A DNA stretch of 64,000 nucleotides from Candidatus Eiseniibacteriota bacterium (lineage in GTDB: Bacteria > Eisenbacteria > RBG-16-71-46 > SZUA-252), in assembly GCA_963703225.1 (NCBI GenBank), contig OY969801.1, positions 128,001 through 192,000 of the forward strand. The letters are read 5' to 3'. The position numbers were made by a program, and so were the translations under genes. The notes below the pieces were generated by a model that ran no database searches, was not told the DNA's origin, and worked only from the letters and a program-made list of their open reading frames with translations. Of this stretch, positions 9,373 through 18,782 are shown piece by piece. Every line of letters starts with the position of its first letter. The first letter of the stretch is position 1.

Positions 9373-10527
9373 CTACCGCGCGGGCACTCCCCAAAGGAGC
9401 CGGACCGAGGGCTCGACCGGTTTTCGGTCGAGAAAGCTCATCGAGAGCGTCACCCCACCGTCGGCGTCAACGCTGAAGAGGCCGCACTGATCCGCTTCGT
9501 CTTTGACCATGGCCTCGTCTTGAACCACGTCCCACCCGTCGAGGCCTTTCCAGCCGTGCCGGTAGAGCCACGCCACCTCGTTCTCGTGGATGTTCTCGGC
9601 GCGTCGTTCCCCGGCGCCAAACCAGAGGAATGAGGGCTCCGGCTCTCCCGATAAATTGATCAGGTGGAAGCCGCGCCCGTCGCGGCGTGTGACGGAGAAA
9701 CGCTCGTACGTGTGCGTGTGCCCGACCAGGACCAAGTCGACCCCTCCGTCGGCGAAGATGTCCGCGAGGCGACGACCGTGGTAGCGGAGATTCCAGAGGT
9801 CCCGCGCCTGCTCCCGGTGCTTCGATGACGATTGGATGAAGGGGTGGTGCATCACGACCACGGTGGTGGCGCTCGGCCCGAAGCCGGGATCCGCCAACTC
9901 CCGGACGAGCCAATCGAGCTGCGCGTGGGCGCGCCGCGCCACCGCCGCGGCGTCCACGTTCCGCCCTTCGTCGTAGACCCAATCGTTGGAATCGAGAAAG
10001 AGAAACCGGACCCGGCCCACTACCTTCTTGTAGTAAAGGCGCTCCTGCGTGAGCGGCTCGCCGATCGAGGATAGAAAGGCGGCCGAATTCGCGCGCGATG
10101 GACCGCGAACGTTGTTATCCACCTCGTGGTTGCCGACGGCGACCAGGTAGGGTAACCTTCGCAGCTTACGCAGCAGGCCCGCCAAAACCGAAAATTGATC
10201 GCTGTACGCGCCGTCGTCGACGATGTCGCCAGTATCAATGAGGAAGAGGACCCGATCGTGTTGGGCCGCGTGACCTTCCATGGCGTCGATGAGCTTGGGC
10301 CAGTCTTCCGCGATCAGCGCCCGCTGATCGCCGAATGCCAGAAATTCAAACCCCGCCGTGGGATCGAACTTCGTCTGCTGCATGCGTGATTCGAGCGTCG
10401 GGTGGTCGAGGGGAAGGACCGGCTGGCGCGACGTGCGTGGCCAGGTGGCCCCCACAAGGACGGCGGCGGCCAGCGCGATGAGTAGCAACCAGCGCCCGCG
10501 CGGCGGCCGAAGCAAAGATCCCCTCAT
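9373..10527 (-). CDS. Exported metallophosphoesterase (calcineurin-like / purple acid phosphatase-like)
   Basis: Motifs FGD, TGDIVD, VGNHE, HHP, GHTH; N-terminal basic+hydrophobic signal/anchor; GAGGAGG SD upstream of ATG 10527. Confidence 0.85.
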   Translation of the reverse strand: MRGSLLRPPRGRWLLLIALAAAVLVGATWPRTSRQPVLPLDHPTLESRMQQTKFDPTAGFEFLAFGDQRALIAEDWPKLIDAMEGHAAQHDRVLFLIDTGDIVDDGAYSDQFSVLAGLLRKLRRLPYLVAVGNHEVDNNVRGPSRANSAAFLSSIGEPLTQERLYYKKVVGRVRFLFLDSNDWVYDEGRNVDAAAVARRAHAQLDWLVRELADPGFGPSATTVVVMHHPFIQSSSKHREQARDLWNLRYHGRRLADIFADGGVDLVLVGHTHTYERFSVTRRDGRGFHLINLSGEPEPSFLWFGAGERRAENIHENEVAWLYRHGWKGLDGWDVVQDEAMVKDEADQCGLFSVDADGGVTLSMSFLDRKPVEPSVRLLWGVPAR

Positions 10528-11907
10528 CCCGGTCTTCCTCCTCGTGATGGCGGTGCTCATAGTGGCGGCCCCCGTGGCAGGCGCGGCGCCGACCGTTGCC
10601 ACGGAAAGCTACTGGGATTCCGTGCCCGCCGCGGCCGACTCTTCCGATTCCGTCCGCGCCATATACCACGATCCGCCGATGCCGATCACGCACGCGATCT
10701 TCTACTGGCCGGTGCGCGTCGTCACCTTTCCGATCGTGCTCGTCGCCGACGGAATCGGCGGCGCCGCCGAGTACTTGGATGAGCATAGGGTAATTCAACG
10801 CACCGCCGAACTGATAGGCCCGCGCAAGGGACCCTTCGGCGTCGTGCTCGGGGTGCAGGCCGGCGGGCTCTCCGGATTTGGCGCCGGCGTCTCGGTCGAG
10901 CACGACGCGTTCTTCCGGAAGGGAAACCTGCTTCGGGTCAGGGGGTCGACGACGGTGAACGGGGACCACCGAGCCTCCGTCGGACTGAGGATTCCGTCGG
11001 GGGAGGGGGAGTACTTCGAATACGGAATCGGGTATCGGGCGCGCGAGAATGCCCGGTACGTCGGGATTGGCCCCACGACCATCGCCACCAACGAGTCCTA
11101 TTACAAGCAGGAGCTCTTCTGGACCGGCGCGAACCTGAGACGAAGCATCGGCGGCGGGATCTTCGTCGAAGGCGACCTCCTCTACTCGTCGGTGGGGGCC
11201 GGAGAGCCGCGCTACGACGCCAACCCGTCGATCTCGACGGTCTTCGCGGGCGCGCTGCCGGTCGGCTTCGGAAGCCACTCCTACGGCGTATCCCTGGGGG
11301 CGCAGCTCTCGCACGAGAACGACCTGAGCCTGCTGAGGCCGACCAAAGGCGGCAGCCGGCGCGTCCGGGTCGAGCGCTACGAGAGCACGGACAAGTCGGA
11401 GGTCGGATTTTGGAGCTACCGCGCCGAGCTCCAGCAGTTCTTCACGCTCTGGCACCCCTACCGAGTTCTCGCGCTGCGGAGCTACGGCTCATGGATCGAT
11501 CCCTCCGGGCCGAGTGCCCTCCCGTTCCAGCGGCTCATGATCAACGACACGCCCGACGCGTTGCGAGGCTATCGCGCGTTTCGATTCCGCGATCGGGGAT
11601 TGGTCACGGTTGACGCGGAGTATCGATTCCCGCTCATCACAAAGAGCGTCCCGGCGGCGCGGGGCTGGATCTCTATCCGCTGGCCGACTGGGGGCAGGTC
11701 TTCGGCAACGCGGACGACGTCTCGTTCCGAAACATGACGTTCTCGTATGGCATCGGGCTCCGGCTGGAATCGACGACCGGTTTCGTGTCGCGGATCGAGT
11801 GGGCGCGGAGCGACGAGGAGAACGTGTTCCTCCTCCGTTCCGACCAGATCTTTCAGTTCCTGAAGCGGGGAATCCTCTATGGACGCGATCCGGTTCCGGC
11901 CCGCTAG
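10478..11907 (+). CDS. Omp85/BamA-TamA family outer-membrane beta-barrel protein (one frameshift near 11655)
   Basis: Signal-like N-terminus, amphipathic beta strands, loop-6 motif LRGYRAFRFRDRG then AEYRFP. After the frameshift the frame continues LDLYPLADWGQVFG...SYGIGLRL...RIEWARS to TAG 11905-11907. Start could be 10478 or 10544/10547. Confidence 0.8.
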
Positions 11908-13594
11908 CGCGCTTCTCGCCGCGCTGCTCTGGACCGGAGGGATTCCGGTCCCCGCGGCGGGAGCGCCGCCCCTCCGCGACGCCCCCGTCGTCTGGGAGGT
12001 CGACGACCGGGGCGACATCCCACTACCCAAGGAACGCGACCCGAACCTCCTTCGGGACGGAATCGACGAGTCGTTCTTTGCGCCGGTGGGCCGCCTCTTC
12101 AACCCGAGCCGGCTGATCCGGAAAGCCGGGACACCGTTTGGGGCCGATCATGTCCCCGCCGCCTCGGATTTGAACTCGCTCGACGAGGTTCCCAACTCGT
12201 CCTGGTTCACCAATCGGATCGGGCTTCATTCCATGACGCCCGAAGAGGTCGCGCGCGGCCCCGCCCACGGCGATGGCCCGGATCGAAGCGCCCCCTGGAA
12301 GGTGGTCAGCGCGAAGACCCAGGGGGTCACGCCCGGGTTCAACATCCGCGACGCGCAAGGGAAGGTCTACCTCATCAAGTTCGACCCTCCCTGCTGCCCC
12401 GGCATGTCGAGCGCGGCGGGCGTCATCACCGGGCGCCTCCTCCACGCCGCGGGCTACAACGTTCCCGAGGATTTCGTCGTCACGTTCCGCCGCGAGGATC
12501 TGGTGCTGGGCGACAAGGTCAAGATTACCGATCCCGACGGTACCAAGAGGCCGATGGTGGTCGACGATCTCGATCGAATCCTAGCCAGGGTCGTCCAGGA
12601 GCCGGACTCGAGCTGGCGCGCGATCGCGAGCAAGTTTCTCTCCGGGAAGCCGGTCGGGCCGTTCGACTGGCGGGGGACGCGCAAGGACGATCCGAACGAC
12701 ACCGTGCGGCACGACAACCGCCGCGAGCTTCGAGGCCTCCGCGTCATCGCGGCGTGGCTCGACCATTTCGACATGAAGCAGGGGAACACGCTCGACATGT
12801 ACGTGGAGGATGCGGGGCGCCACTATGTCCGGCACCACCTGATCGATTTCGCGAGCACGCTGGGGGCCGGCGCGACGGGACCGTTCCCGCTCGCCAACTA
12901 CGAATATGCGTTCGACGCGACGGCCAGCATGGGCCGCGCGCTCTCGCTGGGTTTCCACCAGAGTCCCTGGGAGCGGATCGATCGCCCCGCGGGGCTCGAC
13001 GAGGTTGGGTATCTGGAGTCGAAGGAGTTTGAGCCCTCGAAGTGGAAGCCGCTCGATCCGAACGCGACGTTCGCCAATCTCACCGACCGGGACGGCTACT
13101 GGGCCTCCAAGATCGTCTCGGCCTTCACGGATGAGCAGATCGCGGCCGCCGTGGCCGAAGGGCACTACCAGAATCCCGTGGCCGCGACCTACGTCACGCG
13201 GATGCTGCGGGAGCGCCGCGACAAGGTGGCGCGCCGTTGGTTCGATCGGGTGGCGCCGCTCGACTTCTTCACCGTCGACGGGGAGGCGCTTCACTTCCGC
13301 GACCTAGGGGCCGAGCGGGGAATCTACCCCGGCACGACCCCGCGGTACCGGCTGCGCGCGGGCGTGGTCCGTGCCGATCGAGGCGGAGCCCGGTGGTCGG
13401 ACTGGAAGGAGACTTCGGAGTCGGTGCTCGATCTTGCGGACGCCGTCGGGCGGGAGCCGATCCGCTCCGCGACCGAAGCCGAACGGCCGTTTCTCGCGGT
13501 AGAGGCACAGGTCGACCGCGGCTCCGGCTGGGGCCCTTCGGTCACCGTCTACATCGCCAGGGGGAGTGGGCGCGTCGTGGCGCTCTCGCGCTGA
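11879..13594 (+). CDS. Exported uncharacterised protein with putative atypical protein-kinase-like fold
   Basis: Signal peptide (..PAAGA); KTQGVTPGF (Gly loop-like), YLIKFD (beta3 Lys), HFDMKQGN (catalytic loop-like), LIDFAS (DFG-like). The CDS is secure; the function is inferred. Confidence 0.7.
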   Translation: MDAIRFRPASALLAALLWTGGIPVPAAGAPPLRDAPVVWEVDDRGDIPLPKERDPNLLRDGIDESFFAPVGRLFNPSRLIRKAGTPFGADHVPAASDLNSLDEVPNSSWFTNRIGLHSMTPEEVARGPAHGDGPDRSAPWKVVSAKTQGVTPGFNIRDAQGKVYLIKFDPPCCPGMSSAAGVITGRLLHAAGYNVPEDFVVTFRREDLVLGDKVKITDPDGTKRPMVVDDLDRILARVVQEPDSSWRAIASKFLSGKPVGPFDWRGTRKDDPNDTVRHDNRRELRGLRVIAAWLDHFDMKQGNTLDMYVEDAGRHYVRHHLIDFASTLGAGATGPFPLANYEYAFDATASMGRALSLGFHQSPWERIDRPAGLDEVGYLESKEFEPSKWKPLDPNATFANLTDRDGYWASKIVSAFTDEQIAAAVAEGHYQNPVAATYVTRMLRERRDKVARRWFDRVAPLDFFTVDGEALHFRDLGAERGIYPGTTPRYRLRAGVVRADRGGARWSDWKETSESVLDLADAVGREPIRSATEAERPFLAVEAQVDRGSGWGPSVTVYIARGSGRVVALSR

Positions 13595-13610
13595 GAGAAA
13601 GGGGAACTGA

Positions 13611-15113
13611 ATGGCCGGAGAGCGGAAGCCCGGCGGGGTCGAGCGGATTCTCAAAGTGTTCACCGAGGTTCACCCCGGCGAGGCCGGGACCGCGCTTCTC
13701 TTGACCGCGAATGTCTTCCTGCTTCTCTGCGCCTACTCGCTTCTGAAAGTCCTCCGAGAGCCACTGATCCTCGCGGGCGGCGGAGCCGAGGTGAAGAGCT
13801 ACTCCGCCGCGGGGCAGGCGATTCTTCTTTTGATCGCCGTCCCGCTCTACGCGGCGCTCGCGAACCGATATCCGCGGCGGCAGCTCATCAACGTCGTCAC
13901 CGCGCTTCTTCCTCATCTGCCTTGTCCTCTTCTTCGTCTTGGCGCGGCTCAACGCCCCCGTGGGCGTTGTCTTCTACATCTGGCTCGGCATCTTCAACGT
14001 GATGCTCGTCGCCCAGTTCTGGTCGTTTGCCAACGACCTCTACACCAACGACGAAGGAAAGAGGCTCTTCCCGATCGTCGCCTTTGGTCAGTCGTGCGGC
14101 GCGGTTGTCGGCGCTTACCTCGCCGGACGCGCCATCGATTGGATCGGGCTCTATCCCATCTTTCTGCTCTCGGCGGCGATCTTGGTGTCGGGCACCGTGA
14201 TCACGAACCTCGTCGATGCGAGGGAACGCAAGCGCACCGAGGCCGCGCGGTCCGTCATGGAGTCGACGGCGACGCTTCCGGCGTCGACGCGCGAAGTGCG
14301 GCTCGAGTCGGGCGCGTTCCGGATCGCGGATCTCGAGGCCGAGATGCGGAAGTCGGAGGAGACGGGCGCGGCGGGAACGCCGATGCCGCCCGCCTCAGGC
14401 GGCTCAACGTCCGGCGCCCAAACCGGAACCTCCCGTGGCTCGGGGGGGCGCGTTCGGGCTCGTCTTTCGGAGCCGCTACCTCCTCCTGATCGCTCTAATG
14501 GTGTTGCTGTTGAATTGGGTCAACTCCACGGGAGAGTACATTCTAGGTCGCACGGTCTCCCGCGCGGCGACCGAGGCCCTCTCCGTCGCGCACCTGACCG
14601 GTGACGCGGCCGACGCGGCCAGGAAGGTCTTCATCGGGAAGTTCTATTCCGCCTATCAGCTCGGCGTGAACCTCTTGGGCCTCTTCCTCCAGCTCTTCGT
14701 CGTGTCGCGCATTCTGAAATACTTTGGCGTCCGCGCGGCGGTCCTGGTGCTCCCCGCCATCGCGCTCTTTGGATACGGCGTCCTCGCGTTCTACCCCATT
14801 CTCAGCCTGGTTCGCTGGGTGAAGACCGCGGAGAACGCCACCGACTATTCGATTCAGAACACGGTGAGGCAGGTACTCTTCCTGCCCACGACGCGCGAGC
14901 AGAAGTACAAGGCGAAGCAGGTCATCGATTCCTTCTGCGTGCGCGCCGGAGACGTTCTCTCGGCGGCTTTGGTGCTCGTCGGGACGCGGCTCCTCTCCCT
15001 CCACACGGAGGGCTTCGCGATGTTCAACCTGGCTCTTGGTGGCGGCCTGGATCGTGATCGCGATCATGATCGGTAAGGAACACGAGAAGGCGGTCGCGGT
15101 CACCACGGCCTGA
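13611..15113 (+). CDS. TLC/Npt1-type nucleotide (ATP/ADP) translocase-like MFS transporter (three frameshifts near 13905, 14380-14450, 15035)
   Basis: YSLLKVLRE, FYIWLGIF..AQFWSFAND, KRLFPIVAFG, KTAENATDYSIQNTVRQVLFLPTTREQKYKAKQVID...RAGD spread over three track ORFs. The final segment LVAAWIVIAIMIGKEHEKAVAVTTA ends at TGA 15111-15113. Confidence 0.82.
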
Positions 15114-15162
15114 CGCGACTGCCCAAGCCTAGCGCCGCCGCCAGCCTTCGAGGTGGGCCGGC

Positions 15163-17412
15163 CTACTGCTGCTTCTTCTTCAGATCCTCCAGGCGAAGCG
15201 CGATCGACTCATTTGATTTCAGGAGTGCCTGCAGGGCTTCGTGCGTGGAGCGCGGCGAGCTGGGGCGCCTGGGGCGATTGTCTTCGAGGAAGGGCCAGAG
15301 CGGTTTCCGGATTTCCGGTGGGAGCGCGCTCTCGAGATATTCGAGCGCGGTGCCGCGGAGCAGCGGATCGTCGGTATGGAGCCCCCGAAACGCGATCCGA
15401 AGCGGCTGCCGGGGGAGTGCGAGCGAGAGGAGCGTGAAGACGTGCTCCAAGCTCCTGCTCGCGCGATCGCGGACCACCTCGTCCATGACCGGCGACCAGG
15501 CCTCATCGTCCATGCGGTCGAGCAGCTGACGCCCCTTCCACACCCCCGTGCCCGCCTCCACCTCGTGGAGGACGGCCTGGAATGCCGACTCTCGCGGTAT
15601 CTGCAGTGTCGGATCGATATCCTTCATGTGCGCCAGGGCGCGGCCGCAGCGGTAGCGGACCTCAAAGCGGCGGTCGCCCAGTCCGCGAAGCAGCCCCTCG
15701 GCCGCACGCGCGTCCTTGTATGTGGCGAGCACGAGCGGGATGCGGCGCCGGATCGTGAAGTCCTCCTCCGGGTCGAGGAGCCGTGACGCCAGCACTTCCG
15801 TGGCAGCCGGTCCCGCCTTCCGCAGGGCGTCGATGGCGTCGCGCGCGGCGTCGTCCCAAGCGAGGAGCGAGATGACGTGGGGAAAGAGGGGCGGCGTGAG
15901 GTCCCCGTCCGCCAGCGCGTCACGAACTCGAGCCAACTCGCGGGAGTGGAGATTCCGGACGCGCGGGAGTTCCGGGTCGGACTCTTCGTGTACCTCCACC
16001 GCCATCGTCGATACCTCGGACGGCGGCAGACCCGGCGCCGTGCCGGGTCGGGGCGTTTCCGATTCCGATCTGGGAACCCGCATGATCTGGCTCAGCGCCA
16101 TGGGTCCCAGCGTCTGGAGAACGGTCGATCGCGTCGCCGCGTCGTAGTTGCCGGAGAGATCGAGCTCCTCCGCGCGCGACACCACGGCGCGCGCCAGCGT
16201 CTGGTGGTATCCCGAGTGAAGCCGCAGGGCGATGTACAGGGCCGCCGCCGCGAAGATCGCCGCGCCACACATGAGAATGACGCCGGCCCGCGGCATCGAC
16301 ATCGCGACCACCACCTGAGCCAGCGAGGCGGCCAAGAATCCCCCCACCTTGGAGGCGCCCACGTCGGCGAGCGCCTTGACCGCGCGTTTTTCCCTCGCCT
16401 GGACCGGTGTGAAGAGAAGCTCGTAGCCGGCGCGGTAGAGCGAATTGGAGAAGACCGACTCGACGCCCGCGGCGATCACCGCAGACGGAAGGCCCGGGAC
16501 CGCGATCGCGCCCACCGAAGCGGCGGCCACGCCGGCGGGCAGGACGGCGGCTGTCCGCGCGGGGCCGAGCTTCTGGAGAGCGAAGCGGCTCAGGGTTGCC
16601 TGCGCGACCACGGTCAGGAAGGACGCCCCGGTGTAGAACGCGGCGAAGAAGCGGAGCAGGTCTCCCCCCTGTCCGAAGGCCAGCGAGGCGCGTCCTTTGA
16701 ACACTAACTCGACCAGCCCCTCGCTCAGGGTTAGCAGGAGCACGAGGGCCATGAGACCTCGGAGATAGGGAGACCCTATCAGGGCGCGAACGTAATTGAA
16801 CTTTTCAGGTTCTCCGCGATGCCCCTTCGGGCGGGGCGCCGGCCCGCCGAGCCGCAGCCGCAGAACCGCGGCGGCGCAGACGAGGTGGAAGATGGCCAGG
16901 ATCGGGAGCATCGTGGTCACCGGCAAATTCCGCCCCACCAAAGATGCCACCACGCCGCCGGCCAGCCCACCGGTGGTCCCCCCCGCGGTGATCCGGCCGA
17001 GCTGAAGTTTCGCGGTGCGCGGGTCGAAGCGCTCGTTCAGGAAGGACCAAAATCCCGAGATCAAGAGCGCGCCCAAGCAGCCGTAGTGGAGATAGACGAG
17101 GACGGCCGCGACCTTGGGGAGAGGGAACGAGATCGCCCATTCAGCGAGAAGCAGCGCGGCGCTCCCGGCGAACGCGGTGGGGATGAGGCGCTCCGGACCC
17201 CAAGCGGTGAGGGCGCGGGAGGAAGCGAACGAGAGGACGATCGCCAGGACGGAGGTCGCGATCATCATCGCCGGGAGCGAGGTCACCGGGAAATTCGAAA
17301 GGAAAAACGCGTCGCGCGTCGCCTTGGCCCCGACCTGGTAGGCGATCATCGAGGTGGCCGTCACGGTAGCGGCCATTACGGCCGAGCGGGTGTCGGTTCG
17401 GTTCGGGCCCAA
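15163..17412 (-). CDS. TLC/Npt1-like MFS domain fused to C-terminal HEAT/ARM repeats
   Basis: About 12 TM segments with KATRDAFFL, FWSFLNERFDPRTAK, ELLFTPV..EKRAVK; helical repeats (IRRRIPLVLA, DRRFEVRYRCGRAL, LRGTALEYLE). Confidence 0.78.
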   Translation of the reverse strand: MGPNRTDTRSAVMAATVTATSMIAYQVGAKATRDAFFLSNFPVTSLPAMMIATSVLAIVLSFASSRALTAWGPERLIPTAFAGSAALLLAEWAISFPLPKVAAVLVYLHYGCLGALLISGFWSFLNERFDPRTAKLQLGRITAGGTTGGLAGGVVASLVGRNLPVTTMLPILAIFHLVCAAAVLRLRLGGPAPRPKGHRGEPEKFNYVRALIGSPYLRGLMALVLLLTLSEGLVELVFKGRASLAFGQGGDLLRFFAAFYTGASFLTVVAQATLSRFALQKLGPARTAAVLPAGVAAASVGAIAVPGLPSAVIAAGVESVFSNSLYRAGYELLFTPVQAREKRAVKALADVGASKVGGFLAASLAQVVVAMSMPRAGVILMCGAAIFAAAALYIALRLHSGYHQTLARAVVSRAEELDLSGNYDAATRSTVLQTLGPMALSQIMRVPRSESETPRPGTAPGLPPSEVSTMAVEVHEESDPELPRVRNLHSRELARVRDALADGDLTPPLFPHVISLLAWDDAARDAIDALRKAGPAATEVLASRLLDPEEDFTIRRRIPLVLATYKDARAAEGLLRGLGDRRFEVRYRCGRALAHMKDIDPTLQIPRESAFQAVLHEVEAGTGVWKGRQLLDRMDDEAWSPVMDEVVRDRASRSLEHVFTLLSLALPRQPLRIAFRGLHTDDPLLRGTALEYLESALPPEIRKPLWPFLEDNRPRRPSSPRSTHEALQALLKSNESIALRLEDLKKKQQ

Positions 17413-17466
17413 GCCCAGAGTTTAACCTGGATGTAGACCTCGGGAAGCGTGGTCTGGGCGGGCGCC

Positions 17467-18024
17467 CTACCTTCCCGGCCGCTCGATGATCAAGATCGCG
17501 GTCCGCTCGAGCCGGCGGTAGAGGGAATAGATGCCCCACGCGGCCAGGGGGGCCAGCGCGATTCCGATGCTGAGCCAGGAGACGGGGTCGAGATCCACGT
17601 GGGTCGCCGAAGTGGCCGAGAACGCCAGCCACCACCAGTGGGCTCCGAGATTCACCGTCGCGTCGAAGAGCCACTGGGGGTTCCAGAGGGCCCCCACGCC
17701 CAACGATATTCCCAGGGTGACCGAGACCACGCTCATCGGATCGGTCGCGAGTCTGGCCCACCAGGGGAAGAGAGGGCGTCCCACCGGGACCTCGCGGGTG
17801 CGCTCGGCGATGACCTCGACGCGGTTCATCACGCTGGCGACGAATCCCGGCGACGCGGCGATCACCGGGCTCGCGGCCTCCGAGCGGAGGGCTTCCTCTA
17901 CCACGAGCGCAGCCCCGAGGGCCCGGCCGCACCGGGCACAGCCGGCGGCGTGCTTCCGCGCGCGCCGGCGATCGCGCTCCGGTTCTCCCTTGTTGAGCCA
18001 GCGCTCGAACTCGTTACACTTCAT
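17467..18024 (-). CDS. Zinc-binding anti-sigma factor (ZAS-like) with C-terminal TM helices
   Basis: MKC...HAAGCARC (HxxxCxxC) followed by hydrophobic segments; overlaps the ECF sigma stop. Confidence 0.72.
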   Translation of the reverse strand: MKCNEFERWLNKGEPERDRRRARKHAAGCARCGRALGAALVVEEALRSEAASPVIAASPGFVASVMNRVEVIAERTREVPVGRPLFPWWARLATDPMSVVSVTLGISLGVGALWNPQWLFDATVNLGAHWWWLAFSATSATHVDLDPVSWLSIGIALAPLAAWGIYSLYRRLERTAILIIERPGR

Positions 18025-18631
18025 CCGAAGCCTCCACGCGCTCCCGCCGCAGCCACTCTCGGCGCAGTGCGGCCCGCGCCCGCGACAGGTTCGTCTTTAC
18101 GGTCCCCTCCGGCATCTCCAAGATCCGCCCGATCTCCGCCACCGAATGCTCCTCATAATAGAAGAGCGCGATCACCCCGCGCTGGGTTTCGGGTAGACCT
18201 TCCATCAACCGCGCGAGCCTCCGCGAATCGAGACTCGGGACACTGCCCTGGACGCCCGGCTCGTCGGCCTCCTCCAGCGATTCCTCCCGCGCGCGGCGGG
18301 CGCGAAGCATTCCCACTCGATCGAGCGCCCGGCGGACCACGATCCGATAGAGCCACGTGGAGAACGCCGCATCGCCCCGGAATTCTTTGATCCCGATCCA
18401 GGCTTTGACGAACGCATCCTGGGCAACTTCCTCCGCGTCGGGGTCGGAGCGCAGAATTCGAAACGCGATGCCGCAAGCCCTATCTCGATACCGCTCAACC
18501 AGAAACCGATAGGCTGCCGTGTCACCGCCGCGGCATCGAGCGATCAACTCGGTTTCGTCGGCCTGGGGGCCGGGGGCGGGAGCCTTTGCACCTCCCGGCT
18601 CGCCTGCCTGGACGCCGCGGGTTGGGTTCAC
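18014..18631 (-). CDS. ECF RNA polymerase sigma factor
   Basis: DAEEVAQDAFVKAW, FSTWLYRI (sigma2); EIGRILEMPEGTVKTNLSRAR (sigma4). GTG 18631 was chosen as start because it lies just downstream of a candidate ECF promoter. Confidence 0.92.
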   Translation of the reverse strand: MNPTRGVQAGEPGGAKAPAPGPQADETELIARCRGGDTAAYRFLVERYRDRACGIAFRILRSDPDAEEVAQDAFVKAWIGIKEFRGDAAFSTWLYRIVVRRALDRVGMLRARRAREESLEEADEPGVQGSVPSLDSRRLARLMEGLPETQRGVIALFYYEEHSVAEIGRILEMPEGTVKTNLSRARAALRREWLRRERVEASDEV

Positions 18632-18641
18632 CCTGGTATTC

Positions 18642-18699
18642 GACGGGCCAAGGCGCGCCTTCGGTTTCATGAAACCGCCGGGTCGATCGGACCCGTCTA
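18642..18699. promoter_or_regulatory. Pair of back-to-back ECF-type promoters (TGAAAC-N18-CGTC on each strand)
   Basis: Plus strand: TGAAAC 18670-18675, CGTC 18694-18697. Minus strand: TGAAAC 18669-18664, CGTC 18645-18642. Perfect 16-bp palindrome CGGTTTCATGAAACCG at 18662-18677. Confidence 0.7.
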
Positions 18700-18782
18700 C
18701 TCTGGCAGGTGCGAAATAGCCGGCCCCATGGTGGGAGCCGGCACCGACCAACAAGTTAAGACTCAGGAAAGGGAGCCTTGTC

